Assembly: GCF_006345805.1 (NCBI RefSeq)
Contig: NC_043008.1
Coordinates: 45,756,001 to 45,820,000, forward strand
From: Octopus sinensis
Lineage: Eukaryota
Reading direction: 5' to 3'
Length of the DNA stretch: 64,000 nt
Below are positions 49,190 to 64,000 of the stretch, piece after piece. Made by a program: the position numbers and the translations under genes. The stretch's first letter is position 1. Every line of letters starts with the position of its first letter. The notes below the pieces were generated by a model that was not told the DNA's origin, did no database searches, and saw only the letters and a program-made list of their open reading frames with translations.

Positions 49190-51852
49190 CTCCGTTGTTA
49201 GAGTCCGTTTCACAATAATGAGATAGTGAGTTCGATTGCCGGACCGGGCTGTGTTGTATTCTTCAGCAAGGCAATTTATTTCATGTTGCTCCAATCAGTG
49301 GCGGGAAGAAGCGATATTATATATATATATATATATTATATATATATATATTGCGCTTGCCATATAGTTTCAAATATGCATTATTGTTATGTTTTGGGGT
49401 CTGTCATTTCTAAATAGAGCTGTCGGTCTTGGGGAATGTGAAATATGAAATTGTGTTTATATTTTATCATTCACTAAATGAAGTGCTGACGAGCCAAGTG
49501 GATTTTCGTGATATGCCAGCACACAACGTCCTATATTGTCCGTGTTTGCTCTCTTAACATTTTACCTTCCCATTTACAGTTCCTGCAAAACTCTTGCACC
49601 TCCATGCGTCAAATTAGCAAGCATTTGGTTCTGTTGCCATATGTGAAATAAAACATTAAGTGGAATATAAACATTGGAAAACATCTTGCATTCCTGAGTA
49701 TTTCAGAAAATAATGTCAGGTAGTATCCTAGAAACACAGTGACAAACCGCCATATTATAATATAACTCAAACGAAGATGAAAAACAAAATCTCAAAATTT
49801 GAAAACTTTTAGTTTGTATGTCTGTTACTGACAGATTTGTTAAAATAATTGTCAGTCTTGAAACTAGTATGCAATGGATTTGATAATTGAATGTTTTATC
49901 GCAATTTGTTGCGCTGTTAAATTGCCGATGACAAGTCTAAACATTGTTTCCGGATTGAAGAGTTTTGTAATAGCATTTATCTTGATATAATTCTAAATCA
50001 TATAATGCATAAATGCCTAACATATGCTACATTTCAACGATAAAACCAACCCAAACTTGAATAAAGATTTCTAAAATATGTATAACATCTGGTAAATATT
50101 CTATTAAACAAAGAATAACTTATATATTAAGCGTCCAGCGTGATGTACACTCAATGAGAAAAAACAAAAAGCTTGTTTGATTATCTAACATTTGCTGTAC
50201 TTAGACAGAAAAGAAAAACATCATCAGAAAAAAAGAAAGTATAACTATTTCTGGCCCTGGCACACGCAGGCTTTGCACCGGGAAATGATTTATGTTTAGT
50301 GAATATGAGGTTGATAAATAGATTTCAGGTTTTTCAGACATTATGTGCAGATTTGCTTCTTTTATCGCTTTTTTAACTTTCGCAATGTTGATGCCTTGTA
50401 ATGGGTAACATCACTTCTTGCTTAACATTTCGCTTTGCGACTTATTTAATTGATGGAACTCCACCGCAGTTAATGATTCATGTCCGCTTTTATGCATGTT
50501 CATTTACTTGCTGACGTGCCCTAAATGCTATTTCGTTCCTTTGTTCCTTGTAACATTTGTCCCCGAAACAAATATTCATGTGATTTTTATATTGATGTTA
50601 TCGTTAGTTGATATACTTAATGTTGCAAGTGTTTCCTTAACTCACTTGAGACTTCTCTTGATATTTCGTCATAGAACTAGTGTTCTAAGTATCATTTCTC
50701 CCCTGCTATGAAATAGCTTTCCTTCTTCCAAAATTAGTATCAGAGCAATGTTCTGCAATTCTAGAAAAAAGGTATTCATCCCATTGAGGAGAGTACACTG
50801 GTTTCTGCATTGTAACCACGATAAACTTTCTAACACCCCCACCCCCAAATATTCTATAAATATATTAAATATATCTTTATCTGCCGATGCTAACGTCACG
50901 ACTATACGACAGCCAGTGCCTTGCTTTCAGTTTAAAACGAGAAAATATAGCCTCAAACATTTCGTTCGCACTTTTCAACTCCAGAGACAAGAAAAGCGAT
51001 TCACCGATTCTCCTTCAAAGGGAACGTCGCCAGAAAGACATCTGGATTTGTTTTCTACAACATAAGCCAAATGGCTGGCACGTTTTGACAGGAATAACAT
51101 GGAAGCAAAGTAGTCTTATATATTATTATCTCTGTACTGTCAAAAGGAAATGCAGGTGTTCAGCAGCTGATTCCTAAATCTAACCATAATGCTTCACCTA
51201 AAAATCATCCGAAACGGCGAATTTTGAGACGAAGATTAGCATCAACGCACCGTCTCCATCTCCTTGATTTTACGTGAGCTGGAGTTGATGTTGCAGCCGT
51301 TATTCCTTCCCTTGGTTGATCCTATAGAGCTTCCATAAAAAGATTTCTTGTTGTGACAATTCCAAGTTTTTTTGTTTTGTTTTGAGGTCTACGTTGTGTA
51401 ATGCATCCATCTTTATTATAGACGGGAGTAAGTAATGCATGGGTGATTGGCCGCTATTTTCAATCAATAGCACGTCATTTCCGGTTTAGATGAAGCATTA
51501 CCAAATGTATTCTAGATGTGACCAACCCGTCTTTTCAGATCTATAAGATAATGCATCAGTTCACTTTTAAAGGATATAGACTGTTAGCTTGTGGGAACTT
51601 GGCTGCTATTTATAGCAAGTTCAGTGACTGAGAAGCACACCTTTGCTGGCCCTCAACAATCAAATGCTAATTGTCTCACTTCTCACAAAGAAGTTTATTA
51701 TATAAACACAAAATATTTCACTTTGAACGTTGTATTTTGATGCATTTTCGGCTCCTTTAAAAAGAACTGAGTTTAAATTCAATAAACCTGTTTGCTTTTC
51801 CAGCTCTCATTTCTATTTTTAATGAATTTCACTTATTTTTTATTCTTTACAG

Positions 51853-53113
51853 ATTCTAGCTGGTGCAGCGACTTTATTCGTCGCATTTCTTGGATTTGAT
51901 GCTGTAGCAACTACCAGTGAAGAATGCAAAGATCCCAGCAGAGTGGTGCCAGTCAGTATTGTGACAACACTCATCATTTGCTTCGTATTATATTTCGGTG
52001 TAGCCATGGCTATCACTCTTGCCTACCCTTGGTATCAGCTACAAGATCGCGCTGCTTTACCAAAGGCTTACGAAGCCCGGCAGATATTTGGTTCGAACTA
52101 CGTTATAGGAATCGGTGGTATGTTAGGCCTGTCTGCTGCTTTGTTCGGATGCCTTTATTCAATATCACGGATAATATATTCTATGGCAGATGACCATATA
52201 TTATTCAAATGTTTATCATTTGTAACTAAACTAACTAGATCACCGGCCATTGCAGTTTTCATGGGGGGTCTAACCTCAGGAACAATTGCAATGGTTTTCA
52301 AGCTTGAAACTTTAATCGACACGATGGCTATTGGAACACTGGCTGCCTACACCGTGGTTAGCATCTCTGTCCTTTGCCTTCGGTACGATTCTGAAATTGT
52401 TGGACTGTATAAAGAATATGAAGATATAAGTGACATCAGAACATTGCGCATGGCATCTACAGATTTTATTAATAACACTGGATATAGAACTTACAAAAAC
52501 TATCGTCTAAATAGACATGATCCACATTTTTATTCAAGCATTGATTCATTTACAAAACAAGGAGATTCTAATTCATATATTAACAATGTTCATCAACAGA
52601 ATGTAGAAGCTAAAGAGACATTTGCAACACAAAAATCCAAATCGGTTATCTGCACTGAATTACAAGACACATCTCCCATGATATCCGTCAGTGGAAGTAA
52701 CCACAGCACCACGTACCAACGGATATCGAGTATCGTAAGCGGAAGCAGCTTCGGAAGCTTATTTCAATTTTCCAATGACTGTTGTGAACCGAGCGAAAGG
52801 TCTTGGCGTAAATTCAGTATTTCATTGATTGTCTACATAATATCATCTGTAGTTCTATGTGTGTTGACAATTCATGGACGTCACTATGTCTACGCTCAAA
52901 GTTGGTGGGCAATCATCATATTGGCTGCATCTCTCTTCACCATGATAACGTGCCTTGTGGTAATCGCACGGCAACCAAAGAATAAAATCAATCTGCTTGC
53001 AACAACTCCCTATGTTCCTGTAGTTCCCCTCGCATCTTTCACACTCAATGCTTATCTAATAACGTCCTTACCACAATCTGCTTGGTTACGGTTTGCTGTT
53101 TGGCTGGCCATAG
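51853..53113 (+). CDS. Large exon (1261 bp) of the SLC7A/CAT-family transporter
   Basis: The acceptor ttctttacag| is phase 0 and reads ILAGAATLFVAFLGFDAVATTSEECKDPSRVVP. Later motifs are RIIYSMADD, LIDTMAIGTLAAYTVV, LRY and TPYVPVVP...NAYLI, then WLRFAVWLAIG|gtaaga at a phase 1 donor. Confidence 0.95.
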
Positions 53114-53512
53114 GTAAGAACAACCTTAATTCAATGACATTTTGCTTGATAATTTGATTCAAGTTATTTCTGCTTTAGCTTTTGCAACAGATTTATTAAT
53201 GTGACGTATTTCAAGACTTATAAAATACCAACCCAAAGTACTATAAGTAGCTGCGTTCATAAAATTCTAGATACGAAATAAAAGGTGGGCACCTGTGCGC
53301 GCGCGCGTGTGTGTATGTATGTGTGTTTATGTACTAAACGTGCACAAAATAAGTTTGAAGTGGTGGAATCAGTTGATAGACAAACGGGTTTGTGTTTTCG
53401 AGTACTGAATGTAAACAGCCACTCTGACGAGAGGGGTTCAAAGCATTATAGCTATATATGCATCAAAACACACATATACACACTTGCACACCCATATATG
53501 CACGCGTTCATA

Positions 53513-53830
53513 CCCGTGCCGGTGACACGTTAAAAGCACCGTCCTGATGTGGCAAATGCCAGCGCCGCCTCACGGGCGTCCGTGTCGGTGACACGTAAAA
53601 AGTACCAACCGATCGTGGCCGTTTGCCAGCCACCTCTGGCCCCTGTGCCGGTGGCACGTAAAAAGCATCCACTACACTCACGGAGTGGTTGGCGTTAGGA
53701 AGGGCATCCAGTAGAAACACTGCCAGAGCAGACTGGAGCCTGGTGCAAACTTCTGGCTTCCCAGACCCCGGTCGAAACGTCCAATACATGCTAGCATGGA
53801 AAACGGACGTGAAACGATGATGATGATGAC
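53513..53830 (+). mobile_element. SINE or LINE-tail-type repeat ending in (GAT)n
   Basis: It has three internal gtgccggtgacacgtaaaaagca-like units, then ggcgttaggaagggcatccag and a (gat)n tail. Confidence 0.65.
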
Positions 53831-54409
53831 GAACAAGAAAGAGAAAGAAGACGAAATTCACGAGATTCTTTATTAATCACTACGATCGTTTCAACCCATC
53901 TTGCATCGATCTCTCGCGAGCGAGATGCTACACAAATAGTTGCAGAGCATTATTTGGTTCAGATATGCTTTGTTAGGTTATTTTTCAAAAGGTACTTTCT
54001 TTTTTTTAACCCCGTTTCCATTATTTCGATCCGAATACATTTTGATAGTTGTCTGTAGTAACTTGTACACACAATCAAACAGGAAATAAGTATAAACAAG
54101 TTAAGTGGACCGAGTAACATGCTTTGCACTGATAATGAAATACGTTAAATAAAATCATGAATCAGTAACAAGAAAACATGGATGAAGCGAAAATAGATAA
54201 CAATGCCGGCAGGTGTCCACCACACACACACTCCCATACGGCCAGACCCAGCCACACACACACATGTAGATCTATATAAATTTACATATACGGATACACA
54301 TACAACCCTCCCCCATTAACACGCTCACACTGACGCATATTCATGTGTATACAGCAATTCATTCCATATTTGGATATATAGAGACACATGTGAGCACACA
54401 CACATATTC

Positions 54410-55118
<709 letters not shown>

Positions 55119-55134
55119 CCTTCGAAAAAAGACC

Positions 55135-56490
55135 AGAATCAACTTCCAACTGTTCTTTCAGTTCGCGACACGTATTCACGACTGGGGAAAATCAATGAGA
55201 ATGGCCAGGGACTCTTAGAATTCTTCACAAATAACAACCTGTGCATTGCAAACACCTTCTACAATGGCAAAGACCGGCATAAAGTTTCGTGTAGCCATCC
55301 AAGATCAGGTCATTGCTACCAGATTGACTTCTTCATCGTCAGAAAGAATGATGTCAACACTGAAGTAAACAAGTTCCTTCCACGGTGCAGACTGTAACAC
55401 AGATCATCTGATGGCTATAGCCAAGATAAAGATGATCACAAAGGAAATACTAAGAGCCGGAAAAACCAAAAAAATCTAAGATCAAGACAAAAAAATTTTC
55501 AAGAATATGTTGAAAAACAGCTCCAAAACCTAGATGAGCTCATCTCCTGACGACATGTAGAACAACATGAAATCAGCAATATATGATTCTGCGTCGAGGG
55601 TCTTTGGAACGGACCGACTTTCCAAGGAGGGCTGGATCGAAACCAATGCAGCAATACTAATGCCATTACTTGAGAAAACGCGCGAGATCTTCATAAAGCA
55701 CAAGAGAAAGCCAATAGAAAGTAGAAAGCAACAGGTACGTGCTGCAAAATCCAACCTTCAAAAAGAAACTAGAAAATGTGCCAATCAGTACCGGGATAAA
55801 TTATGCTTAGAAATTCAACAGCCGAGTGACATGGGTAACATCAGGAAAATGTATGAGAAGCTTAGAGTTGCTATCAGACCAACAGTGAGTAAAGTGGCAC
55901 CCCTGAAGTGTGCAACAGGTGACCAGCTGACGGACAAGTAACAAATGGAAAGCGTTGGGTAGAACATTACTCTCAATTGTACTCAAAGGAGTGAGATGTT
56001 GATAGACAGCTTGATGAGGCCATTTCTCAGCTCCCTGAAATGACAGAACTTGATAAACCACCAACAAAAGAAGAACTCTCCACTGCAATCGATGAACTTG
56101 CAAGCGGAAAAGCACCCGGAAATGGCAATATACCTGCTGAAGTGTTGAAAGAGAACAAAGATACCCTCCTTCCACATTTATACAAGTTACTTAAGACATG
56201 TTGGTTGGAAGCAAAAATTCCACCGGATATGAGAGATCCCAAGATCATCACTCTCTACAAAAATAAAGGGGACAAGGTAGATTGCGATAACTACAGAGGC
56301 ATATCACTTCTGAGCATCACTGGAAAAGCTTTTGCGAGGAACATTATGAAACGACTTCATAGAAAGAGTACTACCAGAGAGCCAGTGCGGTTTTGGATCT
56401 AACCGCTCAACAATGGATATGATATTTTCCATTCATGAAATATGCCGGGAACAGCAATTACCACTATACATAGCATTTGTCGATCTGGCA
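55135..56490 (+). mobile_element. RTE-clade LINE fragment (APE C-terminus, linker, RT N-terminus)
   Basis: It reads GKINENGQGLLEF...NNLCIANTF, HPRSGH..QIDF, SGKAPG, IITLYKNKGDKVDCDNYRGISLLS and AFVDL. Confidence 0.9.
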
Positions 56491-56593
56491 TTCTTTCTAG
56501 CCTTCTGGGCACCTTATTAATACATGGCATGTATCATGTCTTCGAGTTGTTTTTCTGTCTTATTTCTCCGGGGTTTTTTTCAATATTGATCAT

Positions 56594-56756
56594 AGGTGCA
56601 GGAGTTGCTGTGTGGTAAGTAGCTTTCTTACCAACCACATGGTTCCGGGTTCATTCCCTCTGAGTGACACCTTGGGCAAGTGTCTTCTACTATAGCCTCG
56701 GGCCAACTAAAGCCGTGTGAGTGGATTTGGTAGACGGAAAAGGAAAGAAGCCCGTC

Positions 56757-56757
<1 letters not shown>
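56594..56757 (+). mobile_element. tRNA-derived SINE head and core
   Basis: It contains gctgtgtggtaag (A-box-like), ggttcattccc (B-box-like) and accttgggcaagtgtcttctactatagcc. Confidence 0.75.
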
Positions 56758-56820
<63 letters not shown>

Positions 56821-56869
56821 TATATATATATAGATATTTATATATATTTGTGTATGTGTGTATGTTTGT

Positions 56870-57050
56870 GTGTCTGTGTTCGTCCCCCCACTATCGCTTG
56901 ACAACCGATGCTCGTGTTTGCGTCCCCGTAAATTAGCGGACCGGCGAAAAGAGACCGATAGAATAAGTACTAGGCTTATAAAGAATAAATCTTCGAGTCA
57001 ACTAAAGGTGGTGCTCCAGCATGACCACAGTCAAAATGACTGAAAGAATA
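56870..57050 (-). mobile_element. SINE 3' segment
   Basis: The reverse complement is homologous to 33735-33910. Confidence 0.75.
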
Positions 57051-57984
57051 TATATACTTATAACAATAAGGGTTTAGCAACAAGTTGTTTGACTACATAA
57101 AGAAAATTTTAGAAATATCAGCCAAAAGACTACTATTTCCTTTCTCTACAAAAATATATCTCCACAGACAACAATATTTGTAACTCATACATAGCAAAAA
57201 AGAAGAAAAATAATGAAATCAAACAGTCTTCGATTAATTATGTACGCGTTTCTGGATTAGAATCCTAAAATTCATTTCCGTTATCATTTCCTGACTACAA
57301 AACTACGAATATATATATATATATATGTATATATATAAAACAGTCAAAACTTGTATTTAAATTGCCAAAATTACACTAATGATAACTACAGAAGTCAACC
57401 GAAATAGATCAGGTTAATAAAATCTAATGTACATTTAAGTATAAGGGCTCAAGTGGACCGGTTTCTGCACTGGCAAAATACAATCACCTTAACGTCATCA
57501 GCACGTGTTACCATGAAGAGAGACCCTAAATAGTCGTATTGGAGGCTGCGCTGCAATGGATTCGTGTAACGCCGAAATCAAATTCTAGCCACCAGTGAAA
57601 AAGATTCTCCATACAAAGGCAAAGAATTCGCAAAAAAGAATATAAATATCGTAAATTAATATGTTAAGATATTATTAATTTTGTTATCATCTTGAATGAC
57701 TATGTTTTAGTATGTCCTTTAAATAATTTATATATAAGCACTAATTGAAAGATAAATGGAATTTAAAGAGAATTCAAGAGACAAGATATAAATTAATGTA
57801 GAAGCGTTTCTTGAATACTAACAACGAATTCACAGAACTTCTTTGAAAAGTAGGCGTTTTGTTTTAAAAGAAGTGCATTAGTTTTGATCAGTGAAGATGC
57901 AAGATGTGTGAAGGAGATCAAACGACGAAGAGGGAAAACAAATTTTGCCTTCTCAAACTTATATAAATTCTTGAGAAACTGTAC

Positions 57985-58420
57985 TCTGAGTATCAAGACC
58001 AAAAGCCGTATATTGGACCTTTATGTCTACTCTACGTTGATGTATGGAAACCAGGCATAGCCTATAACATCGAAAATGAGTGCTTGCAGAGATGTGGTTC
58101 TAAAGGAAAATATTGAGGATAGTATGGAGAAAGTGTCTCGTGAAAAAGTGTTGACCCGGGTTGGGGTAAGTAGGAAAGTGAGATTTCTTGCTGATGTGAG
58201 GAAGAAAGAGGCCCTGAAGAATTTTACTATATCCGGAAAGATTGAAAGAGAAAGAAGCAGAGGAAGGAGAATAATGATATGGATGTCATGCTTGACAAAC
58301 GAAATGGCTGGAAGAAAGAGGCATTACACATTATGAAGTGTATCTGTTACACAAAACAAAGAACAGATAATAGTGGCAATACACGATTGCCTCTCTTACA
58401 TTCTGGACATAGTAAAGAAA
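57985..58420 (+). mobile_element. RTE-clade LINE 3' remnant
   Basis: It reads KTKSRILDLYVYSTLMYG..., EMWF.RKILRI..., EKVL and GKIERERSRGR. Confidence 0.7.
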
Positions 58421-58926
58421 GAAGATATTCATATTTTAACAATATTAACTTCGTCATGCACAAATGTATTGAAAGCTAAAAGGAATCTACGATGAGCCTA
58501 CGTAGTATTCAATGTCTTTCAAAAGTAATAGTTAAATTTAGTCACGGATTTTACTTCCACAAACACATTCATCGCTCAGCCAGGGCAGCACTAAAATATT
58601 GGCTTCTCGCAAGACATGAGATAAGAATAAGTCAATAGCTGCGACTAGCAGTCAGGCATAATTGATGAGAGGTATACCTTTGCTAATCCGATACATTAAT
58701 ATGGCTTCATTTCCTTAAAGCTGCAACATGAGTATTCGCTAGTTGCTTCCCTAACACTGATAACGCTTTTAGGAAAACAGATCTATTTACACAAGTTTGC
58801 ATTTGACCACTGGCAAAATAGATATTCATATAAATGAGTCTATATTCATACCGTATACGCAGACATACACACATGTATGTGTATTTATGAAAATACAGTC
58901 AGTAGAGCATGTATGTGTGTCTCTCT

Positions 58927-58972
<46 letters not shown>

Positions 58973-60509
58973 TTTGAGGGAATATTATTCCTAACTTTTA
59001 TATATATGTGTGAGTATATATATTGTAACACATTTCTACACAAACAAACGCTTATATACAAAGTTATATTTAAAATGTAGAATTACATGGAATGAATACT
59101 CTGTATGTTTTACTTCTGTGAGTATTATCTTTTACAAGATAAAACTGACTTTGAAACTTCGACTTGTCCGTCTTCATAAAGCCATCGGTAAATAGAATTA
59201 GGGTATTTAGAGTCATATGAATGATAATTAAGAGTGGTAAAAATAGGGATAGTGTTGTGTACGGAAAGAGAAATAGAGGAGGTCCGCTCGACTCACACTT
59301 GCGCGTCTCTAGAGACATTTCGACCTAGTGGAAACTGGGGGAAATTCTGGTACAGGTTTGCATTGTGCATAACACTACCTTTGTCAACTCCTCACATACA
59401 ATCTGTAAAGATATCCAAGATATGAACTAATCAAACACTAACGCTAATGAGCACGATGCTCCTGAGAATCTAAATGTCTAAAGAAATCTGTCACTCCTAC
59501 GGTGAAAGTTCTGCAGTCCCCGCCCTCTCACACGCGAAGCAGGAGGTTTCTGCTTCAGGCCACCGACTTCAATCTCATTAGCCTTAGTTTATATTCAATG
59601 TTAGCACTATGTTCACCTGGTCCCATATGCCTCATATAGAGTGATTGTAACCATCTTTCAGATTTCCTGCTCACTTGTTTATCACAACATTTTATTGTCC
59701 ATCTTTGTTTACATAAACATAAGTGAGAACTACAGCTTTCAGTTTGTGGAATTTATACATTTTGTTGATAGAAACAACGAAATTCTGTGGAAGTGTAAAG
59801 AAGTGTCTGATCATGCAATGTATTGAGCAGAAAGTTTTCGATTGTGTTGTCCAACCGTGGATCTTGAAAGCATTCACCGATGGCGAATGCAACACAGGAA
59901 ATGACAAAATATCGGATTGTAGGATGTAAAGTTTGGCGGAAAAGATCTTACCAGCCTGGATATGACAGAGAAAAATAGAAACGGGATTATCATTATTAGA
60001 TTTGACCAATATTCGGTCCCGTAAGAGCACCAACAAACAAATAGAAAAAAAAAATAAAATGAACAGTATCAAATACTATTTATTTTCTCTAACGCGTCAA
60101 TACATTAAATGCCATTCGAATTAGTTGCAATTGCAGCTAAGTCTCAAATTCCACTGCTCTAATATGAACACGATGGATGGTTACTGCGCGAAACTTGGTT
60201 GATAACAAATGAAATAATTTGCGACAGCAAAATCATTACCCTGTGAAATATTGAGACTAGAATTTAAAGGGATATAACTAAACTTATCAGGAGATTCTGC
60301 TTAACTTTCCTACTTCAAAAAGTAAAAAAAGAAAAAATGGGAATAAGCGTGTAGGAACAAAATTGCCTCTCTCTCAGACTTGATATAATCGATATTGCTA
60401 CGCAACTGATAGGATTTATAATGCTAAACATGATGATGGATCTCTGCAAGAATTAGAGACTTGGGAGAAAGAGAAGAGGACTACAATCTTCTCTAAAGTA
60501 AAATCTGAG

Positions 60510-60660
60510 AGCATTAAATTCCCAACCCATCTTGATAAAGCTCTGGGCTGTCTGGATTGCACCACGGCTTAGTTTTTCTCACATTGACTTTGGTATGAAA
60601 CAGATTAAGAAGCAGATCTGAGGCTTTTAGAATTAAATGCTTTCAGGATGTTAACAGTTC
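60510..60660 (+). mobile_element. Possible very old RTE 3' remnant
   Basis: There is a weak match to the LIKALV..Y..W...EAFE..FR.L region. Confidence 0.35.
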
Positions 60661-61070
60661 AGATTGAGAAACTGGTACTTCCACCAACTCCTCAGATACG
60701 CAATCAACCCACTCATTGACAAAAATATCAACGAATACAAAGCCAATGTGAAAAGAAAAGGAATGATTCCATTATTTTATATTTCTTGATTTCCCGCATC
60801 ATTAATGCCTATTTGAGATTCATTAAACGGGACGGTTATTATCCCGACATCCCGTATTTGCGATGTAATAATGAGAAGCATTAATGAGTGTGATTTATGG
60901 AGTTCGGGCTAATCCCTTCTTGTCTCCCGATCGAAAATAGGCAATTTTATGGATCAGTGATTCGAGTGAGCATTATGTGCATGACAGATGTGATTAGGTG
61001 AACTGGGTGGTAAATTTATCCACCTTACACAAAATGTATGCACGCAAACTTTGAAACGATTAAATGTAAT

Positions 61071-61132
<62 letters not shown>

Positions 61133-61910
61133 TCCCTCTCTCTCTCTCTATAGACAGAGATAACGATGATTGTTTCGGGTATAACGAATTAGAGCATTTC
61201 GAACAAATACAGCTTTTTCCTCGTTGGCAGGAATCGGGACAGCTGAGATAACCAGTGAAACTAATCGATACTACATTACAATATTATGCTATTAGTCCTA
61301 TAAATCCGTTTGTATGTGTTCTTACACTAATAATGTTGATGTTTTCTATTTAAAACTCCATATTTAATAGAATATATTGTTTGGAATAGTATTCATTTTG
61401 TTTTTGTTTTTTGTTTCACCAGAAAACACTAATGTGTGAAATGTAATAAATTAATAAGCATATAATCTGAAAAACAAACGAGGGTCATTAATAACCGAAT
61501 ACAAGGATTTGCCCTATGTAAGGCGATTTCGTATATGGTAGATAAAATGTCTTCGAAAAGTCCAATAGGATCGTGTGAATGTAATCGATTTTAGGGTTTG
61601 TACGCGAAAAAAAAAATCTAGATAATAAAGGTGCAATACAAGAGAGGAGACACTATTTTGAACGAAGTATATAACTGTGTAGACAACCTATTCAGTGGTG
61701 AATCATCGAAATCCTTGTTTACGGTTTTCTTGTAAGGTAATGGTTGTTACCACCTCAACATGGTTGTTCTGCATAGAACGATATTACTACTGTTTTTAAC
61801 CCAGGAGTATACCTGCTCCAGGTGGTTACTGACACCTTAAGTCTGTCCGATTAATTGCAAACCACGGAGCGAATAACACGCATCTAACGGCGACTAGACT
61901 AGTAGACCAG

Positions 61911-61914
61911 CTAT

Positions 61915-61948
<34 letters not shown>

Positions 61949-62660
61949 AAATATTATATACATACACACATATATATATATATACACATATATATATATA
62001 TACACACACACACATATATATATATATACACTCACACACATATGTATATACAAACACACACACACATATATATATATATACACACACACACACATATATA
62101 TACACACACACAACACACACACATATATATATATATATACACACACAGACACATATATATACATATATATACACACACACACATATATATACATATATAT
62201 ACACACACACACACATATATATATACACACACATATATATAGATATATATATATATATATACACATACATATATATATACATATATACACACACATATAT
62301 ATACATATATACACACACATATATATACATATATACAAACACATATATATACATATATAAACATATATATATATATATATATACATACACACACACACAC
62401 ACATATATATATATACACACACACACATATATATATATACACACACACACATATAAATATATATACACACACACACACACATATATATATATACACACAC
62501 ACATATATATATATATACACATATATATATATATACACACACACACATATATATATATATATACACACACACATATATATATATACACACAAACACATAT
62601 ATATATATATACACACACACACATATATATATATATATACACACACACACATATATATAT

Positions 62661-62725
<65 letters not shown>

Positions 62726-62896
62726 CACACACATATATATATATATACACACACACACACATATATATATATATACATACACACACACACACATATATAT
62801 ATATACGCACATATATATATATATATACACACACACAGACACACACATATATATATACACATACACACATACACACACACATATATATACACACAC

Positions 62897-62927
<31 letters not shown>

Positions 62928-62988
62928 TATATATATACACACACACATATATATATATATATAGACACACACACACATATATATATAT

Positions 62989-63019
<31 letters not shown>

Positions 63020-63381
63020 CACACATACATATATATACACACATATATATACATACATATATACACACACTACAGACATATATATATACATATATATACA
63101 CACACATATATATATATATACACACACATATATATACACACACACATATAAATATACACACACACATATATATACACACATACATATATATATATATATA
63201 CACACACATATATATACACACACACATATATATATATATACACACACATATATATACACACACATATATATATACTCACACACATATATATATATACACA
63301 CACACATATATATATACACACATACACACATATATATATATATACACACACATGTTTATACACACAGACACATATATATAT

Positions 63382-63414
<33 letters not shown>

Positions 63415-63764
63415 ACACACATATATATATATACACACACACACATTTATATATATACACACACACACATATATATATACACACACACATATATATATAT
63501 ACACACACATATATATATATATACACACACATATATATATATATACACACACACATATATATATATACACACACACACATATATATACACACACACACAC
63601 ACATATATATATATACACACACACATATATATATATATATACACACACACATATATATATATATACACATACACATATATATACACACACACACATATAT
63701 ATACACACACACACATATATATATATACACATACACATATATATATATATATACACAAACACAC

Positions 63765-63817
<53 letters not shown>

Positions 63818-63880
63818 CATACACACACACACACATATATATATATATACACACATATATATATATATTTATATATACAT

Positions 63881-63911
<31 letters not shown>

Positions 63912-63914
63912 CAT

Positions 63915-63949
<35 letters not shown>

Positions 63950-63952
63950 CAT

Positions 63953-63985
<33 letters not shown>

Positions 63986-64000
63986 AATATACACACACAC
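61911..64000. repeat. Compound (AC)n(AT)n microsatellite array of at least 2.1 kb, running off the window
   Basis: Read directly from the sequence. Confidence 0.97.

Noticed and set aside
53513-53660. Three spaced 23-bp repeats resembling a CRISPR array
   Set aside because: They are imperfect, only three in number, part of a eukaryotic SINE-type repeat, and have no cas genes nearby.
61826-63998. Long ORFs of YI/CV/HT repeats (also at 2.2-2.6, 6.8-7.3, 10.8-11.3 and 26.5-26.9 kb)
   Set aside because: They are stop-free translations of dinucleotide microsatellites, not proteins.

Overview
AT-rich animal genomic DNA dense in microsatellites and repeats. The (TA)n/(CA)n tracts and tRNA-headed SINEs suggest an octopus or other coleoid, but that is inference only. 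One host gene is visible: three in-phase exons on + (29243-29357, 35323-35460, 51853-53113) of a cationic amino-acid transporter (SLC7A/CAT family). Its first and last exons were not found. Most of the rest is transposable elements: CR1, RTE, Tx1/L1, R4-like and Penelope-like retroelements, mariner/Tc1, a hAT MITE, Helitron remnants and several SINE families. The strongest leads are (1) a head-to-tail Tx1-clade array inside a transporter intron, in which a full ORF1+ORF2 element and a diverged ORF1-only element are bracketed by three copies of the same 12-mer; (2) a 3' tail shared by both elements and by a SINE with a target-site duplication elsewhere in the window; (3) a perfect 132-bp palindrome carrying a minimal type I hammerhead ribozyme motif on each strand; and (4) several long fold-back inverted repeats. 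No CRISPR array, rRNA or true tRNA gene was seen. All alignments were done by eye.
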